This document shows, in pieces, positions 1 through 10,500 of a stretch of DNA of 32,000 nucleotides. The notes below the pieces were generated by a model, which did not search any database, had not been told where the DNA came from, and worked only from the letters and a program-made list of their open reading frames with translations. The DNA is from Candidatus Scalindua sp. (GTDB lineage Bacteria; Planctomycetota; Brocadiia; Brocadiales; Scalinduaceae). The stretch lies in assembly GCA_031316235.1 (NCBI GenBank), contig JALDRA010000001.1, positions 1,050,001 through 1,082,000 of the forward strand, given 5' to 3'. The position numbers and the translations under genes are program-made. Within the stretch, counting starts at the first letter, position 1. Each line of letters starts with the position of its first letter.

Positions 1-1238
1 GATGCATTGCCCTGCTGTACCACCTCATCCATATCATCAAAGGTTATAGCAGACACAACGGGACCAAAGATCTCTTCTTTTGCAATCTTCATGGTGTTAT
101 CTACCTCATCAAATATTGTAGGCTTAACGAAATACCCTGTCTTACCACACCTTTCGCCACCTGCTACAACCTTCGCGCCCTCTTTTTTCCCACTTTCAAT
201 ATAGTGTAAGATCTTCTCAAATTGCTCTTTTGATACCTGTGCACCCATTTGAGTATCAGGGTCTTCCGGATCTCCAACACATAAACGGTTAGCCCTGTCA
301 GTCAACTTTTCCAAAAATTCGTCATGAATCTTCTTCTCAAGGAACAAGCGAGAACCGGCGCAACACACCTCCCCCTGATTAAAAAAGATACCAGTCATAG
401 CACCATTCACTGCGCTGTCAATATCAGAATCTGCAAACACGATATTAGGAGATTTCCCTCCCAGCTCCAACGATATACGTTTTAAATTACCCGCTGCAGC
501 CTTCATGACAAGACGCCCTGTTGTATGTTCCCCCGTAAAGGCAACCTTGTCAACATCCATATGTTCAGCGAGTGCCGCCCCTGCTGTCGGACCGTAACCA
601 GGGACAATATTCAGCACCCCATCCGGCAAACCCGCTTCCTGGCAAATTTCACCAAGCTTTAATGCCGACAATGGTGTCTGTTCCGCAGGTTTCAGGACAA
701 TCGTATTACCACAGGCTATTGCAGGTGCAATCTTCCATACCGCCATTAATAACGGAAAATTCCATGGTATTATCTGCCCAACAACCCCCACCGGCTCCCT
801 GATAGTATAGTTAAAAAACTCTCCTCTTACGGGAATAGTTTCACCATGAATCTTGTCTGCCCACCCTGCATAATAGAGCAAGCAGTCAATTGCGAGTGGA
901 AGATCTACGTTTGTTGTTTCACTTATCGGCTTCCCATTATCCAAGGTGTCTAACCAGGCGAGCTCATCTCTGTTTTTCTCAACCAGTTCCATTATCTTCA
1001 ATAACATCAAGCCCCTGTCCCGAGCATCAATCTTTCGCCATGGCCCATTTTCAAATGCTTTGCGAGCAGCTGCCACGGCAAGGTCTATATCCTCCTTATC
1101 TCCCTCCGCTACCGTCGTAATCTCCTCTTCAGTTGCTGGATTTATGGTACGAAAAAGTTTTCCTGAAACAGAATCAACCCATTTTCCGCCTATCAGCAAC
1201 TTTTTCGATTTTATCTCTCTTTCCTTTTTTTTAATCAT
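1..1238 (-). CDS. NAD(P)+-dependent aldehyde dehydrogenase (ALDH superfamily); C-terminal end runs off the window
   Basis: Absent from the ORF track because there is no stop in the window. My minus-strand translation from ATG 1238 reads [24 protein letters not shown]...IPWNFPLLM...[11 protein letters not shown]...[11 protein letters not shown]...EEIFGPV. These are the ALDH catalytic Glu (ELGGK) and Cys (CxAGSR) motifs. Confidence 0.9.
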   Translation of the reverse strand, partial: MIKKKEREIKSKKLLIGGKWVDSVSGKLFRTINPATEEEITTVAEGDKEDIDLAVAAARKAFENGPWRKIDARDRGLMLLKIMELVEKNRDELAWLDTLDNGKPISETTNVDLPLAIDCLLYYAGWADKIHGETIPVRGEFFNYTIREPVGVVGQIIPWNFPLLMAVWKIAPAIACGNTIVLKPAEQTPLSALKLGEICQEAGLPDGVLNIVPGYGPTAGAALAEHMDVDKVAFTGEHTTGRLVMKAAAGNLKRISLELGGKSPNIVFADSDIDSAVNGAMTGIFFNQGEVCCAGSRLFLEKKIHDEFLEKLTDRANRLCVGDPEDPDTQMGAQVSKEQFEKILHYIESGKKEGAKVVAGGERCGKTGYFVKPTIFDEVDNTMKIAKEEIFGPVVSAITFDDMDEVVQQGNA

Positions 1239-1260
1239 ACTGACAGCTCCATTTCCCTTG

Positions 1261-1402
1261 TATACTAAAATCGATCTGGTTTTCGGTTTTACCGGAAACC
1301 AGATCCTGGTGAAGGTATCCCCGGACAAAAAACTCTGAGGACTTTACTCGCTCAAATTTATCTCGGATTTTAACCGAAATCCAGTATGAGATGAGTTTAT
1401 AC
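1261..1402. repeat. MITE-like hairpin-rich repeat, copy A (core 1266-1397 flanked by TATAC at 1261-1265 and 1398-1402)
   Basis: Aligns by eye to 14178-14291, with roughly 85% identity over the shared ~100 nt; copy A carries an extra ~27 nt. It contains the hairpins ctggttttcgg/ccggaaaccag and ggattt/aaatcc. An inverted 13-mer CTGG(T/A)TTTCGGTT lies near both ends. Confidence 0.55.
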
Positions 1403-1407
1403 AATAT

Positions 1408-1878
1408 TCAATATTCAATCTTTAATACTTTATAACGCAACTTCCCCATAGGAACATCAACTTCCAGGACTTCATCTATTTTTCCTCCCAGTAATGCTTT
1501 TGCTACGGGAGAACTCACCAGAATTTTTCCGTTCTTTGGGTCATCATCACCTGCCCCGACCAATTGATAGTTTTCAATATCACCCGTCTCCAGGTCTTCA
1601 AGCTCAACTTTTGCTCCAAAACAGATTGTATCTTTGGGAATTTTGGAAGAATCTACAATCTCCGCTCTTGCAAGATCATCCTCAAGCTTTCGAATTTTTG
1701 CCTCAAGTAATCCTTGTGCTTCCCTTGCGGCATCATATTCTGCATTTTCACGAAGATCTCCATGTGCCCTCGCTTTTCCAATTGCAGACTGAACTTCCAT
1801 CCTTTTTTCAGTCTTTAAATAATCCAATTCTTTTTTCAGTTTCTCATAACTATCTTGTACCATATATACCTTTTCCAC
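1408..1878 (-). CDS. greA: Transcription elongation factor GreA
   Basis: 156 aa. The N-terminal coiled coil is ...YEKLKKELDYLKTEKRMEVQSAIGKARAHGDLRENAEYDAAREAQ..., typical of GreA. The GTG start at 1878 follows GAGGAG by 6 nt. Confidence 0.93.
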   Translation of the reverse strand: MEKVYMVQDSYEKLKKELDYLKTEKRMEVQSAIGKARAHGDLRENAEYDAAREAQGLLEAKIRKLEDDLARAEIVDSSKIPKDTICFGAKVELEDLETGDIENYQLVGAGDDDPKNGKILVSSPVAKALLGGKIDEVLEVDVPMGKLRYKVLKIEY

Positions 1879-2099
1879 AACGAACTCCTCTCTAAAAACA
1901 TATTAACCAATTGCGCTTCTCAATTAAGACTGAAAAATCAGGAGACGACAACTAACCGACAATGCAGTACCAAAATCTCCACCAAACCATTTACCGAATC
2001 TATTTTCAATTGCTGCAAAAACAAAATAACACATTTTCAATATATTAAACCAGACAGGGAAAAAGAAAAATCAACCGCACAACTTATTGAAAAGTGAGC

Positions 2100-3113
2100 T
2101 CAGAGCAACAGAAAAAGTACCAGAAAGAGTAAAGCACCCCCCAGAAAATGTTGGGAAATATCCTTAACCACATTCCTCTTCTTGACACCTATTATTTTCT
2201 TATGCCTCTCTACAACTCCCAGAAAAATCTCTTTCAGCTCTTCACCCGTTGCATCGTGAATATATTTACCCCCCGTTAATTTTGCAATTTCCTGTAACAA
2301 GATCGGATCTGGCCTTGTTTTAATGACGTCACCATCCATATCAAGCTCAGACCCAATCGTATGTCCGTATTTATCCTTCTTTGGAATTGATGAGAATTCG
2401 TAAGGATCACCCACACCAATAAGGTAAACGGAAATATCCCTCCTCTCCATCAACATTTTTACCGCCTCGTCAACCTGACTTCGAACAGCCAAACGCTCTT
2501 CCCCATCCGTAAGAAATATCAGTATCTTTTCTCTTTCTTCCACCTTACTAAAAGATGATATCGCAACCAAGAGTGCATTTCCAACGTTTGTGCCATAGGG
2601 TATAAAGCGTGCATAGTTCTCATTGACCATATGCAATATTCTCAGAAATATCCTGTCATAATCAGTTGTCAAATAGGGAAGCATGGAATACGCACGCCCT
2701 GCAAACACCACCAGCCCCACATAATCGTTTTCCAACTCCTTTAATAAATTTTCTATCTCTATCTTTGCCCTCTGCAGCCTGTTCGGCTTCACATCTTCTG
2801 CCAGCATACTCAACGACACATCAATGACAAAAACAAGCTCCAGCCCTTCTGTTTCAAAATACTCTTCAGCTGTCTGCCACTTTGGGTTCAAAAGTACCAG
2901 ACCAAGACAACAGAGGGCGCAACTAGCAGCACCGCCTTTACATACATTTCGAACCGTAGGGGGAATCTTACTGAACTTTCCCAGCATGCCCAGCCTGCCA
3001 AAACTCTTTAACCAGCTTCTTTTCCTTATTGACGAATAGAGATAAACGAGGAAAACAGCAATAGCTGCAACACATATATAGGTCTTATACTGCTCGTATG
3101 AAAAGAAAAGCAT
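2100..3113 (-). CDS. von Willebrand factor A (vWA) domain membrane protein, BatA/BatB-like
   Basis: 337 aa. It has N-terminal TM segments and a MIDAS-type vWA core (LVFVIDVSLSM ... ILIFLTDGEE). A C-terminal hydrophobic anchor is present (GGALLFLVLFLLL). Confidence 0.8.
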   Translation of the reverse strand: MLFFSYEQYKTYICVAAIAVFLVYLYSSIRKRSWLKSFGRLGMLGKFSKIPPTVRNVCKGGAASCALCCLGLVLLNPKWQTAEEYFETEGLELVFVIDVSLSMLAEDVKPNRLQRAKIEIENLLKELENDYVGLVVFAGRAYSMLPYLTTDYDRIFLRILHMVNENYARFIPYGTNVGNALLVAISSFSKVEEREKILIFLTDGEERLAVRSQVDEAVKMLMERRDISVYLIGVGDPYEFSSIPKKDKYGHTIGSELDMDGDVIKTRPDPILLQEIAKLTGGKYIHDATGEELKEIFLGVVERHKKIIGVKKRNVVKDISQHFLGGALLFLVLFLLL

Positions 3114-3309
3114 CTTTTATCTAAAATACAACCTTTCCGAATCCTGAAGGTGTTTGCATGACTTTTATATCAGCAAGATTATATAGTATTGATAAGGAAT
3201 GTTTCAATAGTTTTGTTAACAATCTTACCAAATTTTACTTTTTCAATTTTGTCAATCCAACCAAAAGCTTAATCGCCTTGGATATCGGACAAACAGAGAT
3301 AGTTCCGTT

Positions 3310-3880
3310 TACGGGCCAACTTTTTAACCAGGATAGACTATGAGCAAGCTTTCGATCTTTAACGATTCGATAGTAATGGCTATTGATTTCGTCTTGTCCA
3401 GAGCTTCGCTGAATTGGGTGATCTCATTTGTGGTTTACTGATATTTTCGTACCAGTACTGGAGTTGTTCAATATATGTTCCGGTTAAAATATCCAGGTGG
3501 GAGCGATCAGTCTTGTGATGAATGCCAAGTACAGAGCCAATACGCGAAGCATTCCATATTTGACCATGGTAATGGGCGAACATCTTCAAGAATCTTCGCA
3601 TAGCCTGAGCTGGAGTTTACTTGAAATTTTTACTTTTCGAAGAAAACCCTGTGTTACAATCAGATCAGGCATTGTCTGTATTTCATCGATTACTACCAGG
3701 CCTGAAAGCAGCGCCAGAATCATCTCTCGATTTGTCAGTCTGCGAAGATCTGTCTGACTTTCAAGGTCAAAATAAGTCTGGCTGACGCTTGCAGATCATT
3801 CTTGCCAGGGTCGTCTTACCGCATTGACGAGACCACAAAATTGTCGCTATCGATGATCTGGAAATAGCCCTTTCTACTTG
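3310..3880 (-). pseudogene. Decayed AAA+ ATPase of the DUF4143-type family (multiple frameshifts and stops)
   Basis: Minus-strand fragments fall in different frames. They include Walker A ...ILWSRQCGKTTLARMICKRQPDLF*, then MRRFLKMFAHYHGQIWNASRIGSVLGIHHKTDRSHLDILTGTYIEQLQYW (ORF 3380..3601), then ...IESLKIESLLIVYPG*. Confidence 0.6.
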
Positions 3881-4243
3881 TGTCTGTACCCTTGCCTATC
3901 TATTACAGCAGGTCAAGCTCCTCGGCAAAGAAAAAAAAAAACAGCGAACCTCAATACTACTCACCTGTATGTAGAAATAGATATGAAAATGAAGAGAAGA
4001 ATACTTCAGACCATTGAAGCACCACAGGTAAATACAAAGCTTGCAAAATGGCAGAATCCTGGAATCCTTAAATGGCTTGATAGCCTATCGAATGGAGGGA
4101 AATTATGTGAAGTACATTGTTGACATATTCCTTATAATGCTATAATGAATGAAAGAGGGGAAAATGGAATCGGGGAGTATGTCACATAATTATTTACTGC
4201 ACATACCATTACTTATTTGAAGCTTCACATAAATAATGGTTAT

Positions 4244-4414
4244 TCAAAAGTATATATACATGAACAACCCAACCTGCCCTGCGCATACTTCTGTTAAGGT
4301 TTCAAGGAACAGCTCACGGTCAGTATCATCCCGATAAATCTCCCCCTGCCTGTTACCACGACTCATCACATGGTATACTGCTCCAACATACTCAATTCTG
4401 GGTTTCCTTGGCAT
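4244..4414 (-). pseudogene. Truncated RayT/IS200-like Y1 (tyrosine) transposase, N-terminal ~55 aa only
   Basis: MPRKPRIEYVGAVYHVMSRGNRQGEIYRDDTDRELFLETLTEVC, then it diverges and stops. It is paralogous at both nt and aa level to 12331..12689. Confidence 0.7.
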
Positions 4415-4577
4415 AAGTATGGATATAACAATAGCGAGGAAGACTGACACATGTGCTTTGAAAATGGTCTTGAAAAACCACGCCACCTCACATTATATTA
4501 TATTTCTTATTCACAGGTCCCTCATGAGAAGCTCGTAAAATGTTTTTATAAAATACAGAAAATATTTCAGTTAAAGT

Positions 4578-4743
4578 CAGTAGTGTCCGGTTAGGTTTTT
4601 GCGTATTTAATTTATTACCCCAAAACTGTCATTCCCGCATGTTTTTAGCGGGAATCCATGATGAAACGAGTCTCTGTATACCCGATAAAGACGTTCGGGT
4701 ATGACAAAAGCCGCCTACGCAAAAACCTAACCGGACACTACTG
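4578..4743. repeat. 166-bp palindromic REP/MITE-like element with perfect 28-bp terminal inverted repeats
   Basis: cagtagtgtccggttaggtttttgcgta (4578-4605) is the exact reverse complement of 4716-4743. There are two inner hairpins: attcccgc/gcgggaat (4631-4655) and atacccga/tcgggtat (4678-4702). Confidence 0.8.
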
Positions 4744-4747
4744 ATTT

Positions 4748-4985
4748 TCTCACTGAATTTAGATGTACCATTTCTGTCATGATACTCAGGTTAAATGCTA
4801 TTACTCCCAACCAGTCGTAACGTTCAAAACTTATCCATCCCCTCCACGCACATCTGCTTAAACCATACGATCTATTACCCGTACACAATCCCACAGCAAC
4901 TCTCCATCAGTCGGATAATGTATATTGCCCCCCCTAGTTAAATCCATTCGTACACTTTTACCATTTTCCACACCCAACTCTGCGG
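4748..4985 (-). pseudogene. Remnant of an IS4/IS5-superfamily DDE transposase (internally deleted, frameshifted)
   Basis: Minus-strand fragments read VENGKSVRMDLTRGGNIHYPTDGELLWDCVRVIDRMV* (stop at 4858-4860) and ...GWISFERYDWLGVIAFNLSIMTEM.... These resemble the xDxTxxxANIHYPTDxxLL and C-terminal xxAxNLxR motifs of that superfamily. Confidence 0.45.
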
Positions 4986-5000
4986 TAAAAACCCTTTCTT

Positions 5001-5393
5001 TTATTTCCACTGTCTCAGTTCAATATCAAATCCGTCAATATCTTTAAACTCTGCCCTCACAGAATTTTCCAAATCCAATGGTCCCCAGGTTATCTCAACT
5101 CCTTTGCTTTCCAGGTATTCTGTCGCTTTCTCCATATCTTCTACTTCCAAGGCCATTGCCCGATAACCCGTTATCCACGGCTGTGAAGATTTTAAAGATG
5201 GGTTTTCTACCGACATAAGTTCTAAAACCGTATCACCCAATTCCAGATATACCACTTCCTTAAGGGGAGGCATATTAGGCAGATTTACCATTTTTCGGGT
5301 TTTTAGCTTAAAATTCAAGATATGTACGTAAAAATCGATACTTTTTTCTATATCACTTGGAATTAACTCGATGTGATCAATTCTCTTGAACAT
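5001..5393 (-). CDS. VOC/glyoxalase I family protein
   Basis: 130 aa. MFKRIDHIELIPSDIEKSIDFYVHILNFKL...ELGDTVLELM...GYRAMALEVEDMEKATEYLESKGVEI... shows the typical paired beta-alpha-beta-beta-beta VOC pattern. Confidence 0.8.
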   Translation of the reverse strand: MFKRIDHIELIPSDIEKSIDFYVHILNFKLKTRKMVNLPNMPPLKEVVYLELGDTVLELMSVENPSLKSSQPWITGYRAMALEVEDMEKATEYLESKGVEITWGPLDLENSVRAEFKDIDGFDIELRQWK

Positions 5394-5601
5394 TAGTGTT
5401 GCCTCTCTTTCTTTTTAACAAACGGATAAAATATTATTTGAAAAAACCAACAACGGACTTCTCATTCCAATTCAATCTTAATATACATTAAACCAAAAAC
5501 ATATCTATATTTCGCCTCTGACACAAACTTTATCAAGAAAGTTCCATAATATTTAAAAATTCTGTTAGTTTGAGAATTCTTACGAGAACAGGAAAATCTG
5601 C

Positions 5602-5650
5602 TTGACAGAGAAAATAAATACGTCTAGAGTGATTAAACAAACGTTTAGTT
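5602..5650 (+). promoter_or_regulatory. Putative sigma70-type promoter plus palindromic TetR-operator candidate for the efflux operon
   Basis: TTGACA (5602-5607), a 17-nt spacer, then TAGAGT (5625-5630). The imperfect palindrome AACAAACGTTTAGTT (5635-5650; perfect core AAACGTTT 5639-5646) follows immediately. AAGGAG at 5689-5694 lies 7 nt before GTG 5702. Confidence 0.4.
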
Positions 5651-5794
5651 GATGCTATATTAAACTCTGAATTATTTGAAAAACGTACAAGGAGTCAGAA
5701 GGTGGCGGATAAAAAAAGTAAAGAGATTTAAAAAAACAGCAAGGAAATTATCCTCCGGTCTGCCACAGTACTGTTTGCAAAGCAGGGTTTTGAA

Positions 5795-6322
5795 TTGACT
5801 ACGGTAAGGGAAATCGCCGGGAAAGCAGGTATTAATGTTGCAATGGTCTATTATTACTTCAATACCAAGGAAGAACTCCATCAGAATATTATTGATGATG
5901 CTTTCAAAAGTTTTTTTCTATCCCTGAAGGAAGGAGTTGGTCAAGGAAAAGGACCGGAAGAGAAAATATACGATGTTATAAAGGTATATATTACCTTCCT
6001 TCATCACCAAAAGGACCTTCACCGGATTATTCTTAGAGAGACCATATCACAATCAAAACACATCGATATGATTGTAAAAAAATATATTTCAAGAAATTTC
6101 GACCTTGTACATAGCATAATCAAGGAGGGAGTACAGAAAGGGGCCTTCAGGGAGCATGACACAACGCTTTCAACATTCAGTTTGATAGGTATGATTCTCT
6201 ACTATTTTACCTATGAACCCATCTTTACAAGACTGATCGCACCGGAGAAAAGGAAAAAACCTATTACTGAATTTCTTCCCGACCATATCTTTAACTTTTT
6301 TATGGGAGGAGTAAAAGGTTGA
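5795..6322 (+). CDS. TetR/AcrR family transcriptional regulator (5' end problematic; see finding on in-frame TAA at 5729)
   Basis: HTH ...TTVREIAGKAGINVAMVYYYFNTKEELH. The upstream in-frame codons (5732-5794) encode KNSKEIILRSATVLFAKQGFE, which is the missing TetR helix 1. The stop overlaps the next gene's TTG start (TTGA). Confidence 0.85.
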   Translation: MTTVREIAGKAGINVAMVYYYFNTKEELHQNIIDDAFKSFFLSLKEGVGQGKGPEEKIYDVIKVYITFLHHQKDLHRIILRETISQSKHIDMIVKKYISRNFDLVHSIIKEGVQKGAFREHDTTLSTFSLIGMILYYFTYEPIFTRLIAPEKRKKPITEFLPDHIFNFFMGGVKG

Positions 6323-7536
6323 AACAATTCATAAAAAACATTTTATGTCATGTAAATTTTCTCAAAGATAACAAAAGTGATGTCTTTACACAGAGAGCCT
6401 TAATTATCAAGGTGTCGAATATGCTTTTGGTGATAACCTGCGCAACTCTTTTCGCAACTGTCACATTCGCACAGAGTCAAGGCTCTGAAGTAAAAGTCAA
6501 ACCGGTTGAATTCAAGAGCGCTGAAATACGCCGTACCGTTACCGGAAGCCTGAGCGCTTACCAACGCTCAGATGTTGCAAGCCAGGAGTCAGGTCTTGTT
6601 ATCACTGCTGAGAGGAGGGAGGGGCAGGTAGTAAAAAAGGGTGATATATTGGCAGAGCTCGATGCCCGCAGGCTCAAGCTTGAGGTTGAGCAGGCAGAAT
6701 ATGATATTCAAATAAAACTGGCCACCATCGAACAGCGAAAAGCCGAACTTGCAACCTACCAGGAGGAATTAAACCGGAGAACTAAATCACAGGAATTGGC
6801 TGCCGGAGCAGTCAGCAAAGAGGATATTCGACGCGCAAAAATGGTCCTTGCCGTTGCAGAATCTGCGCAAATAACTGCTGAAAGTGATTATGAACTTGCC
6901 CGCGCGCAACTTTCTCTCCTTAAGGTCAGACTGGATGATACCGTGATACGCGCTCCCTTTAACGGAATTATTGTCGAAAAACATGCGGAAAGAGGCGAGT
7001 GGATCAGTCCAGGCAGCCCCATCGTTACGCTGATCTCAAGCGGCGTTATTGAAGCCTTCTTCGATGTGTCTGAGGATTTTTCAATGCAAAGGCTTCGATC
7101 ATTAAAAACAATTACTGTTAATTTGAAAGAACAGAATATTCAGGTTGAATCAGAGAATATCAGAATCGTTCCGGATGTTGACCCCCGTTCAAGACGTTAC
7201 ATTCTGATAGCCGTGCTGAAATCGAAGGAACACTTTCTTACTCCGGGAATGAGCGTAACCGCCACAATTCCAACAAATGAAAAGGGTGATTACCTGGTTA
7301 TTCCCACTGACTCTGTTATGAGGGATTCAGGAGGCGAGTTTGCGTACAAGATAGGCAGGGGAAGCGATGGGAATCCTGTCGCCGTTCCTGTTTCTCTGCG
7401 CGTGCATTTTGCAATAGATGATGGCCTCTGTATTGAATCAAGCGATCTCAGGGAAGGCGACCTGATTGTAGTGGAAGGCAACGAACGTTTGCGTCCCCTG
7501 TCACCTGTGATCATCTTAAAATCGGATAAATCATGA
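6319..7536 (+). CDS. RND efflux periplasmic adaptor (membrane fusion protein, HlyD/AcrA family)
   Basis: 405 aa. It has a signal/anchor MLLVITCATLFATVTFAQSQG, a coiled-coil hairpin and lipoyl/beta-barrel motifs (VKKGDILAELD..., IRAPFNGIIVEKH). TTG 6319 follows GGAGGAG by 7 nt; ATG 6421 is an alternative start. ATGA overlaps the RND start. Confidence 0.88.
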   Translation: MKQFIKNILCHVNFLKDNKSDVFTQRALIIKVSNMLLVITCATLFATVTFAQSQGSEVKVKPVEFKSAEIRRTVTGSLSAYQRSDVASQESGLVITAERREGQVVKKGDILAELDARRLKLEVEQAEYDIQIKLATIEQRKAELATYQEELNRRTKSQELAAGAVSKEDIRRAKMVLAVAESAQITAESDYELARAQLSLLKVRLDDTVIRAPFNGIIVEKHAERGEWISPGSPIVTLISSGVIEAFFDVSEDFSMQRLRSLKTITVNLKEQNIQVESENIRIVPDVDPRSRRYILIAVLKSKEHFLTPGMSVTATIPTNEKGDYLVIPTDSVMRDSGGEFAYKIGRGSDGNPVAVPVSLRVHFAIDDGLCIESSDLREGDLIVVEGNERLRPLSPVIILKSDKS

Positions 7537-10500
7537 ATCTTATTAAAAAAGCAATTGAACAACCTATTACCGTTGCCGTTGGTATTATACTGGTAATCAT
7601 TGCGGGTATTATTGCGATTACAAGAGTTCCTGTTCAAATGACTCCGGAAGTGGAGGATACCGTCATTGCAGTCACTACCCGCTGGGAGAACGCAAGTCCT
7701 CAGGAGGTCGAATCGGAGATCATTGATGATCAGGAGGAAAAACTCCAGGGATTGTCAAACTTGCGGAGTATGAGCAGTCTCAGTCAGCGGGGACAGGGGC
7801 AAATTCGTCTGGAGTTCGCGACAGGCGTTAACAAGGACGCTGCCCTGCGTGAGGTAAGCGACAAGTTACGAGAAGTTCCCGATTATCCGGAGGACGTTCT
7901 TGAACCTGTTATTGATGACACAGATCCTGAAAGCAACGACTACATCGCATGGTTTCTGATTAGAACCCCTGACCCTGATTTTGATATACAATCCCTGCAG
8001 GATTTTATTGAAGACAGGGTACAGCCCATCCTGGACAGAGTACCCGGACTTTCAGAAAGTAATGTTCTGGGGGGAAGAGAACGGGAAACCCAGATTCACT
8101 TTGATCCGGTGTTGATGGCTCAACGGCGGATAACCGTTCCTGACTTTATTCGCGCGATACAGGCGACAAATTTCAACTTTTCAGCAGGCGCCATGGCGCA
8201 AGGTAAATTGGATATCCGTGTTCGCGCCCTGGGCAGGTTCAGTTCACCTGATCAGATTCTTGATACGATAATAAGACAGGATGAATCGGGGCCGGTTTAC
8301 GTGCGGGATGTTGCGACTGTAGCAGAAACGCTTAAAGAGGAGACAGGTTTTATCCGGTCCAACGGGAAAAATGTACTGGCTATGAATTTCCAGAAAGAGC
8401 CGGGTGCCAACGTGATTGAGGTAATGGAAAAGCTGAAAGAAGAGGCAGGAAGGGTTAGAGCTGAAGGCGGAATTCTGGACAGCTATGCAAAGGCGCATGG
8501 AATTAAAGGCGGGTTAGAGTTCTTTCAAGTCTACGATCAAACCGATTACATCAATCAAGCGCTTGATCTTGTCAAGAGCAATATTGTTTTTGGCGGAATA
8601 CTTGCTGTAATTGTCCTGATCACCTTCCTGAGGTCTCTTCGATCGATTGGCATTATCGCCATCGCAATTCCCATTTCAATAGTTGGCACTATTGTAACTA
8701 TGGTAGCTCTGGGCCGCAGTGTTAATGTTATAAGCCTGGCGGGAATGGCCTTTGCCGTCGGGATGGTTGTCGATAACTCTATCGTTGTGCTGGAAAACAT
8801 CTACCGGCATATGGAAATGGGAAAACCGAAAATCAATGCTGCGCTGGACGGCGCGGTGGAGGTCAGCGGCGCTGTATTGGCATCTACTCTTACAACCCTG
8901 CTGGTATTTATCCCCATCCTTTTAATTCAGGAAGCCTCAGGCCAGCTTCTGCGGGACATTGCATTAGCCATTATTGCAGCGGTAGGGCTAAGCTACATAG
9001 TGTCAATTACCGTGGTGCCAAGCGGCGCGGCGCTGTTTTTGAATGTGAATGGCAAAAAACGACTGAAACAGAAAAAAATACAGACCGGAAAAACGGCAGA
9101 CGTCTCAACAGGAAAACTTGCGGGGATTATTCATCCTTTCAGGACCACCCACTACTATCTCTCTAATTTTCCCCAATATCTGTACAGACTGATATACTGG
9201 CTGAACGGAAGCATGGTAAGAAGGGTTTTGATTATTTCTGTTTTCATCATTACGACTTTTCTGGGAATCATTGTAACGATACCCCCGATTGATTATTTGC
9301 CTTACGGAAACAGAAATTTAACCTTCGGGCTTTTGATACCACCTCCGGGTTATAATGTAACAAAACTCAAAGAGCTTGGCAAGCGTGTCGAAAAAAAAAT
9401 ACGACCTTTTTGGGAAGCGAACAAAAATCCGAATGGCATGGACAACCACCTGTATGAAGTGCCCTCAGATACAGCTCCGAATTCTCCCCTCATCACCCCT
9501 CCGCCGATCAAGCATTACTTCCAGGGGGGAGGAAGAAACGGAGCGACCCTTTTTCACGGGTGTATCAGCGCTGATCCCAGACGTGTCACGGATCTGGTAG
9601 CACTTTTTAAGACATCAACAAGACAGGACACACTTCCGGGTGTATACTCCTTTGCGTTTCAAAGTCCGTTATTCCGTATTGGCGGCAGAACGGGAGGTGC
9701 CGTAAAAATTGATCTGACCGGCTTCGATCAGGAAGACATCAGTCAATCCGCGTCAGCTTTGTATGGGACATTGGTTCAGGAGTACGGATCCACTGCTGTT
9801 CGTCCGGATCCGGCAAATTTTAATGTGCCGGCTCCAGAGCTGCAGATAATACCTGATCTTGACCGGTTGACAGACCTTAATCTGACCACTGAAGATCTTG
9901 GCCTGACGGTTCAGGCAAACGGCGACGGAGTGCTTTTCCGTAAAGATTATCACCTTGGCGGAGATATCATTGATTTAAAATTGATTTCCAGGGATGCGGT
10001 CGGTCAGACCACGATTACAAATTTTGGCGACGCGAAAATGGCTACTTCTGACGGGGTTATCATGGGACTGAACACGGTATCAGATTTTAAATGGGTAAGG
10101 GAGCCAGAAGAAATCAAGCGGGTAGACCGTCAGAGAGCCGTAACGCTTGAGTTTACCCCGCCGAAAGGGCTGCCGCTTCAGAAGGCAATCGACGGGATCA
10201 ACCAGAAGGTTTCTGAATTAAAGCAGGCAAATGCGATTCTGCCCGGTGTAGAGATTCAACTGGCGGGTTCCGCAAGCAAATTGACCGAAGTGAAGGAGGC
10301 GCTGCTTGGAGACGGAAGCGTGCTGGGTACGCTGACAAGCGCGCTATTTCTCGCCATGGTGATTGTATACTTGCTCATGTGTATTTTATTCCAGAGCTGG
10401 ATATATCCATTCGTCATTATGTTCAGTGTCCCGTTAGCCACTCTTGGTGGATTCCTGGGCTTAGCGCTGGTTCACTACTGGAGCGTAGTTAACCGCTACA

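Noticed and set aside
3878-4123. 81-aa plus-strand ORF (MCLYPCLSITAGQAPRQRKKK...).
   Set aside because: It starts inside the 5' debris of the decayed ATPase gene. It contains a poly-A derived KKK run and has no motif. It is likely spurious.
4121-4200. TTGACA-15 nt-TATAAT promoter-like string, followed by an 18-codon ORF (MESGSMSHNYLLHIPLLI) with an AGAGGGG RBS.
   Set aside because: The spacer is short (15 nt) and the ORF is tiny. The surrounding sequence is decayed mobile DNA. There is no independent support.
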